Shown: positions 1 through 7,620 of the stretch, piece after piece
How the letters are laid out: every line of letters begins with the position of its first letter
How positions within the stretch are numbered: the stretch's first letter is position 1
Assembly (NCBI GenBank): GCA_964566535.1
Contig: CAZMIO010000001.1
Location: forward strand, 309,751-331,861
Source: an uncultured Methanosarcinales archaeon
GTDB taxonomy: Archaea; Nanobdellota; Nanobdellia; Woesearchaeales; CAZOXR01
Direction of reading: 5' to 3'
DNA length: 22,111 nt
Translations under genes and position numbers: made by a program
The notes under the pieces: generated by a model
The model's input: the letters and a program-made list of their open reading frames with translations, nothing else
What the model was told of the DNA's origin: nothing
Database searches by the model: none

Positions 1-317
1 ATATGAGGAAGAAGTTTGGATTAAGGGCTATGGCTCAAGTTGATTTACTTCGGAGAGTTCATAGGAATCAGAGTTTAGCTAGTTTGAGTAGGATGGCGTT
101 TGCAATTTTAGGTGTTTTTGCTAAGAGAGCTAATACTCTTGGGAAATTGATACATGTTGGGAGTATTAAGACTATATATAAAATCATTACAACTGATAAA
201 GAAAGTAGGTATTATCTTAAACATATGAAGATAATTGATAAACAAAGGCCTCCAATAATTACTATACCTGAGTATAGAAGAAAGTTTAAGAAGAATCCTT
301 CGTGGATGGCACTTTAG
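1..317 (+). CDS. gpgS: Glucosyl-3-phosphoglycerate synthase (GpgS/GT81-like), C-terminal fragment; gene begins upstream of the window
   Basis: GLRAMAQVDLLRRVHRNQSLASLSRMAFAIL matches the GpgS C-terminal AQVDL..R.HRN..L..L..M signature, and the tail QRPPIITIPEY resembles the (E)RPPM tail. The frame is open to the left edge, and a GpgP/MpgP-type phosphatase lies in the same cluster. Confidence 0.8.
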   Translation, partial: MRKKFGLRAMAQVDLLRRVHRNQSLASLSRMAFAILGVFAKRANTLGKLIHVGSIKTIYKIITTDKESRYYLKHMKIIDKQRPPIITIPEYRRKFKKNPSWMAL

Positions 318-336
318 AGAAAAAAGAAGAGGTAAG

Positions 337-1590
337 ATGGTGATAAGGAACCTTAAGAAGTTGGGTTCTAGCTCTTTACGGAAGAAAGGGTTAGAGATAA
401 TTAATTCTGGATTAGATGCAATTAATACTGAGAGGATTATTAGGGATAAAGTTAACTTGAAGAATAATAATTTAATTGTTAAAAACTTTAAGAATAAAAT
501 TAGGAAAATAAATCTTAAGAAATATAAGAGAATAGTTGTGGTTGGTTTTGGTAAGGCTTCTTCTTTGATGGGGAAGGAGTTGGAGAGGATAATGGGTGGG
601 AAGATTGATGATGGGATTATAATTTCTACTAAGAAGATTAGGTTGAAGAAGATAAAAGTTATTAGAGGGACTCATCCTGTGCCTACTTTGGGGAATGTTA
701 AGGGTACTAAGAAGATTGTTGAGTTGGTTAAGGGGTTAAGTGAGGATGATTTGGTTATTTGTTTGGTGTCTGGTGGAGGTTCTGCTTTACTTTGTTATCC
801 GAATATTGGTTTTGAGAAGTATTTGAGTTCTGTGAATAAGCATTTTAGTTCTGGGATTGATATTAATAGGTTGAATATGATTCGTAAGGGATTGTCTAAT
901 GTTAAGAGTGGGAAGTTGGCTAAATTAACTAAGGCTAAGATTGTTTCTTTGATTTTTTCTGATGTTGTTGGTGACTCCCTTAGTACAATTGCATCTGGAC
1001 CAACTGTTGGTAAGGGTTTAGGGAATGTTGATAATATCTTGTTGTTGAATAATACGGTTGCGCTTGAGGGTATGAGGAAGAAGGCGTTGTTGTTGGGTTT
1101 TAAGCCGGTTGTTTTGACTAATACTTTGAAGGGTGAGGCAAAATTAGTTGGAAAAAATTTAATTAAAAAAATAATCAATAAAAAAATACCATTAAATGAA
1201 AGATCTAATAAATCGTTAGAAAATAAGAAAATAAGAAAAAGTAATGGAATTGCTTATTTGTTTGCTGGTGAGACTACGGTTACGGTTAGAGGTAAGGGGA
1301 AAGGGGGTAGGTGTCAGGAGTTGTGTTTAGGTGCTATACCTGAGATTTCTAAGTTGGATGATTCTGTTTTGATTTGTATTGGTTCTGATGGTATTGATGG
1401 GCCTACTGATACTGCTGGTGCTGTTGTTGATGGTAAGTCTCTTGAGAAGGCTAATCGGTTAGGGTTGGATGTTAATAGGGCTCTTAGGGAGAATAGTAGT
1501 TATGCTTTTTTTAAGAAGATGGATGATTTAGTTTTTACTGGTTTGACTGGTAGTAATGTTGCTGATATTGGGGTTGTTATTAAGTTATAG
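337..1590 (+). CDS. Glycerate kinase, class II / MOFRL family (DUF4147 + MOFRL)
   Basis: Motifs VVGFGKAS, GTHPVP, LVSGGGSAL, SDVVGD..STIASGPT, GETTV..RG.GKGGR.QE, GSDGIDG.TD.AGA and TGLTGSNVAD; RBS GAGGT upstream of the ATG. Confidence 0.93.
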   Translation: MVIRNLKKLGSSSLRKKGLEIINSGLDAINTERIIRDKVNLKNNNLIVKNFKNKIRKINLKKYKRIVVVGFGKASSLMGKELERIMGGKIDDGIIISTKKIRLKKIKVIRGTHPVPTLGNVKGTKKIVELVKGLSEDDLVICLVSGGGSALLCYPNIGFEKYLSSVNKHFSSGIDINRLNMIRKGLSNVKSGKLAKLTKAKIVSLIFSDVVGDSLSTIASGPTVGKGLGNVDNILLLNNTVALEGMRKKALLLGFKPVVLTNTLKGEAKLVGKNLIKKIINKKIPLNERSNKSLENKKIRKSNGIAYLFAGETTVTVRGKGKGGRCQELCLGAIPEISKLDDSVLICIGSDGIDGPTDTAGAVVDGKSLEKANRLGLDVNRALRENSSYAFFKKMDDLVFTGLTGSNVADIGVVIKL

Positions 1591-2757
1591 TCTATCTAAA
1601 AGGTAGTGGCGCTGTTTGAAGAATTCTTTTGCTTGGTTTTGTACAAAGATATCTGCTTTTTCTGTATTCATGTCAATTGTATCATTGATGAATGAGTAGA
1701 TACGTGCAAACCATAATGGGGTAAATGATTGAAGTATTTCTGAGGAGTTTGATTCATATTTTTTATATGTAATGATATAGTCGTAAACAATTTTTGTCCA
1801 TAATTCTTGAGGTAGGTAGACTTTGTTATGATAGGCGCATCCCCATACTTTTGCGAAGTCTTCTTTTGATATGCACTTTTTGATTAAGTCTTTGTGCTTA
1901 GCAAAGCCGCTGATGAATCTTTTTTTGGTGCTTTCAATATCAACATAAAATTCTTCTGGAGCTACTTTTTTAGAGTTTCCCAAGAGAGGTACTTTTTTTA
2001 CTTTGTTGAACTCTAACAATTTTTCTTTGTTGAGAATTATTGTTTTGAATAATGTGCTAATCACCTGTCTGAACATTGGGCTTAGGGACTTGCTTGGATC
2101 TTTTGGTTTGTGCGCTTTGATTCCTAGATTAGATTGAGCAACCTTAAACCCTCCAAGAATTGCATTCGTTGTCATGAAGATGTCTATGCCAAATAAGGAT
2201 GTGTTTTTTGTCCAGTGGGCTTTTTCTAACCAGTAATTGTTCATTTCCCTTGAGTATGCGAAATCTCCTCCAATTGGATTTCTAATATCATGACAGAATA
2301 ATCCATACATTAATGGATAGCAGATATTATTAGTTATTGTTGCATCGTATTTGTATCTGACATAATCTGGTGATATGAAATCATAACCTTCCATTATTGG
2401 TCCTAACTGAAGTTTGATCCAATCTGGAGTTATGCTTCTTAGGTCAGCATCAAAGCATGCTCCTGCTTTTGCGTTAAACTTTTTAGTTAATTCAAAGAGC
2501 ATCTTTAATGCGTAACCTTTGCCAATATCTCCCTTCTTTGTTTCCATGAAAGCAGAAGGTGTTTTTGTTTTTATGTTGTTGAATGTATCTTTTGTTAGGT
2601 CTGTTGAACCATTATCACAGTCAATGATTAAAGAAGAGTTGTTAGGGTAATGTTTATGTAATCCTTTATCGATTTGGTTTGTAACAAATGGAATTGATGT
2701 TTGTTCGTTAAAAGAAGGAATGCCTATAACTATATCGTAATTCTTCTCTTTTTCCAT
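1585..2757 (-). CDS. Single-step glucosylglycerate synthase (Ggs) / mannosylglycerate synthase-like GT-A glycosyltransferase
   Basis: DIVIGIPSFNE, D.GS.D.T, GKG.AL, FDADLRSITPDWI, P.Y.RYKYDATITN.I.YP, IRNPIGGDF, FGIDIFMTT.A, K.H.PKDP...L.PMF.QV and PLWFARIYSF are the motif series of the Ggs/MGS family. The sugar donor cannot be read from sequence. Confidence 0.8.
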   Translation of the reverse strand: MEKEKNYDIVIGIPSFNEQTSIPFVTNQIDKGLHKHYPNNSSLIIDCDNGSTDLTKDTFNNIKTKTPSAFMETKKGDIGKGYALKMLFELTKKFNAKAGACFDADLRSITPDWIKLQLGPIMEGYDFISPDYVRYKYDATITNNICYPLMYGLFCHDIRNPIGGDFAYSREMNNYWLEKAHWTKNTSLFGIDIFMTTNAILGGFKVAQSNLGIKAHKPKDPSKSLSPMFRQVISTLFKTIILNKEKLLEFNKVKKVPLLGNSKKVAPEEFYVDIESTKKRFISGFAKHKDLIKKCISKEDFAKVWGCAYHNKVYLPQELWTKIVYDYIITYKKYESNSSEILQSFTPLWFARIYSFINDTIDMNTEKADIFVQNQAKEFFKQRHYLLDRL

Positions 2758-2779
2758 ATCTTTATCGAGATATAACTAG

Positions 2780-2829
2780 TATATTAAGTTTGTTAAAAAC
2801 TAAGTTGATGTAAAGCAAAATTTTATATA
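2780..2829. promoter_or_regulatory. Divergent archaeal promoters (TATA boxes) for the Ggs-like gene and the GT pair
   Basis: Plus strand: GCAAAA followed by TTTTATATA (2821-2829), 22 nt before ATG 2852. Minus strand: TTAATATA (2787-2780), 22 nt before ATG 2757. No RBS on either side, consistent with leaderless mRNAs. Confidence 0.55.
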
Positions 2830-2851
2830 TGTTCGTGATAATAAATGGTTT

Positions 2852-4033
2852 ATGGACAGTATTACAATAGTTGTACCTACGTATGGAAAAAAGATTGAAA
2901 ATAATAATACTCTTCCTGATTTGTTGGTTAGTTTGAAACGATTGAAGGACAAAAATTTTAGAGTTATTGTTCTAAATGATACTGTTGATCCTGTTTACCA
3001 CAAAAAGATTAAAACAAAGATTAATGAAATTATAGAACCATATAATGAGTATTTTAAGATAACTCAAATAAGTTATAAAGATTTGAGGAAGCTTCATAGG
3101 TACTTCAACTTTAATGGATTTAAGCTGTTAGCTGAAGAGATTAATTTTAAGAATTATTCAGGGTTTAGGAATCTAGGTTTGATTATTTCTCATTTGATCA
3201 AATCTGATATTGTGGTATTCTTGGATGATGATGAGGTTGTTGAAGATAAGCTTTTTCTTAAAAAAGCTCAAGAATTTGTTGGAAAGAAATATAACGGTAA
3301 ATTGATTGGAGGTATAACTGGATATTATATCAATAGGGATGGAGCGTATACTTATCCAACTAAGAAATTTGGAGATAGTTGGTGGGATTTTTTCTGGAGG
3401 AAAGACAAATATATGAATGACTCTTTTAAGATAATAGGTAATAAAAAAAGATTGAATGAGACTAATTTTGCACTTGGTGGGAACATGGTTTTGCATAGGA
3501 AGATGTTTGAAGTAGTTCCATTTGATACATTTATTGAGAGGGGGGAAGATATTGATTTATTGATAAATGCTAAATTTTTAGGATATGAATTTTTACTTGA
3601 CAATAAGCTGGGTGTTAGACATTATCCTACTATTAATACTCATGCTGAACATTGTGCCGAATTAAGAAAGGATTCTTACAGATTTTTGTATCAACGGAGG
3701 AAACTTTCTGAGCTGATTAAGGATGGTAAATTTGATGAGGGAATTTTAGACTTTTTATGTCCCTACCCAGGACATTTTCTAAAAGATAGAATTTACCTAA
3801 AGCTTATCCTAACTGATATTTTGTTATATTTTGACGCAATTATAAGACTTAGGTTTAAGGATTCTTTTCAGCATCTGAAAAATATTAAGATTACTTTGGT
3901 TGATGTTAATAAATATGCCAATGAAAATGCAAGGAGTTATTATGGGCTGCAAAAGGTGTGGGTAAAAATGATGTCTAAGATTAAAAAAGATAGAGAATTA
4001 GTAAAGTATTTTAATGATAAGTTTAATGAATAG
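2852..4033 (+). CDS. GT-A fold (GT2-like) glycosyltransferase, paralog 1
   Basis: N-terminal IVVPTY strand, RNLGL, DxD motif FLDDDE, GGNMV and RGEDID. Confidence 0.8.
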   Translation: MDSITIVVPTYGKKIENNNTLPDLLVSLKRLKDKNFRVIVLNDTVDPVYHKKIKTKINEIIEPYNEYFKITQISYKDLRKLHRYFNFNGFKLLAEEINFKNYSGFRNLGLIISHLIKSDIVVFLDDDEVVEDKLFLKKAQEFVGKKYNGKLIGGITGYYINRDGAYTYPTKKFGDSWWDFFWRKDKYMNDSFKIIGNKKRLNETNFALGGNMVLHRKMFEVVPFDTFIERGEDIDLLINAKFLGYEFLLDNKLGVRHYPTINTHAEHCAELRKDSYRFLYQRRKLSELIKDGKFDEGILDFLCPYPGHFLKDRIYLKLILTDILLYFDAIIRLRFKDSFQHLKNIKITLVDVNKYANENARSYYGLQKVWVKMMSKIKKDRELVKYFNDKFNE

Positions 4034-4038
4034 ATATA

Positions 4039-5184
4039 ATGAAAAATATTATTGTGATACCAACTTATTGGACACTTCCTGAAAATGATACTTCTAAAAC
4101 TTTTGATCATCCAATTCCTATCAAAGAGAAAGGAACTTTGGAAAGATTATTGAGGTCGTTAAGGAAATTAAAGAATAAATGTGAGATACATATTATTATC
4201 TCTCCATTACATAAAAAAGTTGAGAATAAGGTTCGGAAGATTACTAATGAGTTTCCTGATTTGGATATTCATGTGTTTACTAAGATTGATTTAGATAAGA
4301 TTAGGAGACTGTTTAAGGGAGTTAAGTTGTCTGGGGAATTTAAGTCAAAGATTAGTGCAGATACTTATGGAGGGATTCGTAATATTGGGCTGATAATTGG
4401 AATAATAAAGAAGATTGACAATATTATATTTCTTGATGATGATGAAGTTGTGGAGAAGGATGATTTTATTATTAAGGCTGAAGAATTTATGTGTAAATGT
4501 TATGGGATGAGGAAGAAGTTAGTTGGTAAGACTGGCTATTATGTTAATAAGAATAATAAATTCAAGCAGCTTAAAAGTCCTCCCCCATGGAAGAAACATT
4601 GGTTGAAGCAGAAACATCTGAACAAAGTCTATAATAACATTAGGGCTAAAAAAAGGTTGCATGAAACGAGCAATGCATTAGGGGGGAATATGGTTATTAA
4701 TAATCTGCTCTTTGATGTTGTTCCCTTTGACCCATATATTCCTCGTGGTGAGGATTTGGATTATTTGATGAATGCTAAACATTTTAAGTTTAGGTTTTTG
4801 TTTGATAATAAGCTTGTGATAAAACATTTGCCTCCTCCTTCTCGGCTGCCTTACTGGCTGAAGTTGCGTAAGGATATCCACAGGTTTATGTATGAAAGGG
4901 AAAAGATGAAGTTATTTAACTTTGGTCTGGATGAGTTGGATAGCTATCCTAAGTTTTTTCTTGATAAGAATCTGGAGTATAGAGCTATATCAACAAGTGT
5001 TGAGTATGCTAAGGTTTGTGTTAAGAATGGAGATATGGTGGGGTATAGGGAGAGTTTGAAGAATGCTCAGATTGTCGAGAATAGTGCTAAGTCTTATGCT
5101 AAGAATAATGTTCACAAATATTTTAAGTTTCAGGAGGACTGGGTAAAGTTTGTTAAGATTTTGAAGAAGAAGTACAGGCAATAA
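4039..5184 (+). CDS. GT-A fold (GT2-like) glycosyltransferase, paralog 2
   Basis: IVIPTYW, RNIGL, FLDDDE, GGNMV and PFDPYIPRGEDLD; colinear with paralog 1 and separated from it by 5 nt. Confidence 0.8.
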   Translation: MKNIIVIPTYWTLPENDTSKTFDHPIPIKEKGTLERLLRSLRKLKNKCEIHIIISPLHKKVENKVRKITNEFPDLDIHVFTKIDLDKIRRLFKGVKLSGEFKSKISADTYGGIRNIGLIIGIIKKIDNIIFLDDDEVVEKDDFIIKAEEFMCKCYGMRKKLVGKTGYYVNKNNKFKQLKSPPPWKKHWLKQKHLNKVYNNIRAKKRLHETSNALGGNMVINNLLFDVVPFDPYIPRGEDLDYLMNAKHFKFRFLFDNKLVIKHLPPPSRLPYWLKLRKDIHRFMYEREKMKLFNFGLDELDSYPKFFLDKNLEYRAISTSVEYAKVCVKNGDMVGYRESLKNAQIVENSAKSYAKNNVHKYFKFQEDWVKFVKILKKKYRQ

Positions 5185-5185
5185 G

Positions 5186-5193
5186 TATAAATA
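5186..5193 (+). promoter_or_regulatory. Putative internal TATA box for the phosphatase gene
   Basis: TATAAATA lies 22 nt upstream of ATG 5216, the same spacing as other promoters in the window. Confidence 0.4.
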
Positions 5194-5215
5194 ACAGATG
5201 TATATTCTGATTTCT

Positions 5216-5995
5216 ATGAAGAAGATAATTTTTACTGATTTGGATGGGACTTTACTTGATTATAAGGATTATAGTTATGATGAGGCGGAGGAGGGTTTGG
5301 AGTTGATTAAGAGGGAGAGCATTCCTTTGATTATTTGTTCTGGTAAAACGAGATTGGAGATAGAGTTGTATCGTAAGAAATTAGGGAACAAGCATCCATT
5401 TATTTCTGAGAATGGAGGGGGTGTTTTTATTCCTAAAGGATATTTTGAGTTTGAATTTGATTTTGATTCTTCGGATGAAGATTATTTTATTATTAAGCTA
5501 GGGTTAAGTCATGATGAGCTTATTAGTAAGATTAAAGGTTTGAAGGAGAAAGTTTCATTTGAGGGATTTTCAGATATGTCGGTTGAGGAAATTTCTAATT
5601 CAACTGGGTTGCCTCTTAATCAGGCTGAGTTGGCTAAGAAAAGAGAGTTTAGTGAGCCGATAAAGATTAATTCTGATGAAGTTGAGATGTTTAAGGAAGA
5701 GGTTGAGAAGTTAGGTTTGAAGCAGACTCATGGTGGTAGGTTCTATCATATTATGGGGGGTAGTGACAAGGGTAAGGCTGTGAAGATATTGATTGAGTTG
5801 TTTAGGAAGAAGTTTGGTGAGATGGAGAGTGTGGGGATCGGAGATTCAAGGAATGATTTTAGGATGTTGGATAATGTTGATAAGGCTTATATGGTTAAGA
5901 AGGAAGATGGAAGTTTTTCTTCCAAGGATTACATTATGGTAGATGGGGTTAGTTCTGTTGGATGGAATAAGGTTGTTATTGAAGAACTTCAATAA
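5216..5995 (+). CDS. mpgP: Mannosyl/glucosyl-3-phosphoglycerate phosphatase (HAD subfamily IIB, MpgP/GpgP)
   Basis: FTDLDGTLLD (motif I), CSGKTR.E, PFISENGG, A..REFSEP, GGRFYH, DKGKA and GIGDS.ND. Start moved to the second Met (MKKIIFTD) based on family N-terminus and TATA spacing. Confidence 0.9.
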   Translation: MKKIIFTDLDGTLLDYKDYSYDEAEEGLELIKRESIPLIICSGKTRLEIELYRKKLGNKHPFISENGGGVFIPKGYFEFEFDFDSSDEDYFIIKLGLSHDELISKIKGLKEKVSFEGFSDMSVEEISNSTGLPLNQAELAKKREFSEPIKINSDEVEMFKEEVEKLGLKQTHGGRFYHIMGGSDKGKAVKILIELFRKKFGEMESVGIGDSRNDFRMLDNVDKAYMVKKEDGSFSSKDYIMVDGVSSVGWNKVVIEELQ

Positions 5996-6194
5996 GCTTG
6001 TTTCTTGATTTTTCTCCCTTGATGATTCTTATTTTTGACTTTTTTGTTTTTAGGTAGTCTGCTAGTAGAGGTATGATTGCTTTGTTTGCTTTATTGTCAA
6101 CTGCTGGTGCTGTTACTCTGACTTTTAAGATATTGTTTTCTTTTGTGATGCTATTTTCTTTTGCGTTTGGGATTACTTTTATGTTAAGTTGCAT
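5976..6194 (-). CDS. DUF167 / UPF0235 (YggU-like) protein
   Basis: IKVIPNAK, LKVRVTAPAVDNKAN and I.IIKGEKSRNK family motifs. Confidence 0.9.
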   Translation of the reverse strand: MQLNIKVIPNAKENSITKENNILKVRVTAPAVDNKANKAIIPLLADYLKTKKSKIRIIKGEKSRNKLIEVLQ

Positions 6195-6196
6195 TT

Positions 6197-7048
6197 TTAA
6201 CTTTTGAGTATTTTGATGAGGCTACATTTTCTGCAAACTTCTTTTCTGCTTGGCTCTCCACAGAGTTTGCAATAGTTTAATTCTTTGTTTGATATGAATT
6301 TCTTTTTTAGTTTTGGAAGGAATTCTAAGAAGTTGTTTACTATGTTTAGTTTAATATCTGGATATTTTTTTTCTTGAAGATTTAATAGTTCTCTTATGTT
6401 TCTTCTGAAAACTCCGATTGAACAAGGGCATGGGTCGTATAAGACTGGGAAGTTATGGAGCTGAGAGTATTTTTTTATTTCTTTGTTTGAAAAGAAGTAT
6501 AATGGTTTTATTCTTTGGACGAATTTTTTTGATTTGATTACTCCTGTTCTTGGGCCTAAGCCAATAGACAGTTCAGGGTTTCCTTTCATGTAGTTCATCA
6601 ACACTGTTTCTGCTGCGTCATCTAGGTTATGTCCTGTTGCTATCTTATCTGCTTTAAGTTCTCTTGGTTTGTTGTTTAGCAGCCAACGCTTTATTACGCC
6701 GCAGATTGTGCAGTTGCCTAGGTTAACTTTGGATTGGATTCCTGAACGTACGTAGCAGATTGAGGAGCCTATCTCGTCTCTAATATTTATGACGTGGAGC
6801 TTGATTTTATTTGATTTGCAGAACTCTTGGATGTTATTTAGGTTCTTTTTTGACCAGGTTCCTACGAGTAAGTCTATAATTAATCCCACTACTTTGTAGC
6901 CCAATTTATTTAGGAGGTAGAGTAGTACTGTTGAGTCTTTTCCTCCTGAGCAAGCTACAATAACCTTGTCTGACTTTTTTATGAGGTTATGATCTTTTAT
7001 TGTTTTCTTTAGTTTTTTTTCAAAGTTTTTTATGAAATCTTTTTCCAT
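6197..7048 (-). CDS. ttuA: tRNA 2-thiolation protein, TtuA/NcsA (TIGR00269) family
   Basis: PP-loop SGGKDS, CTIC, ATGHNLDD, RIKPL, PCP and C-terminal Zn finger CKLC..CRKC. Start at 7048 (MEKDF) avoids overlap with the divergent gene. Confidence 0.82.
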   Translation of the reverse strand: MEKDFIKNFEKKLKKTIKDHNLIKKSDKVIVACSGGKDSTVLLYLLNKLGYKVVGLIIDLLVGTWSKKNLNNIQEFCKSNKIKLHVINIRDEIGSSICYVRSGIQSKVNLGNCTICGVIKRWLLNNKPRELKADKIATGHNLDDAAETVLMNYMKGNPELSIGLGPRTGVIKSKKFVQRIKPLYFFSNKEIKKYSQLHNFPVLYDPCPCSIGVFRRNIRELLNLQEKKYPDIKLNIVNNFLEFLPKLKKKFISNKELNYCKLCGEPSRKEVCRKCSLIKILKS

Positions 7049-7070
7049 ATGTTTTTGGAGGAGAGTAATG

Positions 7071-7079
7071 TTTTTAAAT
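7071..7079. promoter_or_regulatory. Palindromic TATA box possibly shared by two divergent genes
   Basis: TTTAAA at 7073-7078 is 24 nt from ATG 7048 (minus) and 22 nt from ATG 7101 (plus). Confidence 0.5.
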
Positions 7080-7100
7080 GTATGTTTAATAGTAGTTTGT

Positions 7101-7445
7101 ATGGTTGATGACATAACAGCTACATTTGGTGAATTCCTTACTAGGTATGAGGCTAGGTTTAGTTCAGATTATGTAACAAATACTTTAATTCCAGGTATTT
7201 GTGGGTTAGTTGAAGGATCTGAGTATTCTGATGTTACTAGTGCTTATGAGGTTATGGTGGGTGAATGTGGAATGGTGTATTCTGATGCGGCTCAAGATGG
7301 AGAAGAGAGGGATGAGGCATTTGAAGAGGCAGTTGAACCGATTGATGCTTTAAAGAAAGCTGTAGAGGATGGAGGGGAGATTGAAGCTGATCATTTAATC
7401 TTTGAATATATGCATGGAGGGTTTGATTTTTCTGATGAAGGGTAA
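7101..7445 (+). CDS. Hypothetical, strongly acidic 114-aa protein
   Basis: Fills the intergenic gap, with codon style like other plus-strand genes and TATA spacing supporting ATG 7101. About 29 D/E versus 5 K/R by hand count. No recognisable family. Confidence 0.7.
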   Translation: MVDDITATFGEFLTRYEARFSSDYVTNTLIPGICGLVEGSEYSDVTSAYEVMVGECGMVYSDAAQDGEERDEAFEEAVEPIDALKKAVEDGGEIEADHLIFEYMHGGFDFSDEG

Positions 7446-7448
7446 TTC

Positions 7449-7502
7449 AAAAGGTTTATATACACTAAGTCTCAGGGATGGGTTATAACAAAAAAAGGTG
7501 AT
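7449..7502 (+). promoter_or_regulatory. BRE/TATA promoter and RBS of the small basic peptide gene
   Basis: AAAAGG followed by TTTATATA (7455-7462), then AGGTGAT 5 nt before ATG 7508. Confidence 0.6.
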
Positions 7503-7507
7503 AACAT

Positions 7508-7594
7508 ATGGCAAAAAAGAAGAAAGCAAAAGCGCCTGCAAAAAAAAGGAAAGTTGTTAAGAAAAAAGCAGCGAAGAAAAAGAAAAAAAAGTAG
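7508..7594 (+). CDS. 28-aa Lys/Ala-rich peptide MAKKKKAKAPAKKRKVVKKKAAKKKKKK (histone H1 tail/protamine-like); absent from the ORF track
   Basis: Translated by hand. It has its own TATA box, an AGGTGA RBS and a downstream T-tract; in-frame AAA/AAG and GCA/GCG alternation suggests coding sequence. Confidence 0.72.
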   Translation: MAKKKKAKAPAKKRKVVKKKAAKKKKKK

Positions 7595-7602
7595 TTAAGT
7601 AA

Positions 7603-7620
7603 TTTATTTTTTTCTTTTTT
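7603..7620 (+). terminator. Oligo-T archaeal-type terminator
   Basis: TTTATTTTTTTCTTTTTT immediately after the stop of the basic peptide, between convergent genes. Confidence 0.5.

Noticed and set aside
472..5181. Minus-strand ORFs 472-675, 795-1178, 3173-3496, 3352-3603, 4678-4881 and 4990-5181
   Set aside because: Antisense shadows of well-supported genes, with no motifs or expression signals.
6197..7048. TtcA or TilS assignment
   Set aside because: The C-terminal CxxC..CxxC finger and the CP motif fit TtuA/Ncs6; TilS-specific domains are absent.
7032..7114. Apparent head-to-head overlap of the TtuA-like ORF and the acidic ORF
   Set aside because: Artefact of longest-ORF starts; ATG 7048 and ATG 7101 leave a clean 52-nt promoter spacer.
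7490..7620. A-rich/T-rich tract read as a simple repeat or hairpin terminator only
   Set aside because: The A-rich part reads as an in-frame ORF with RBS and promoter, so it was kept as a CDS. Pairing with the T-tract is low-complexity.
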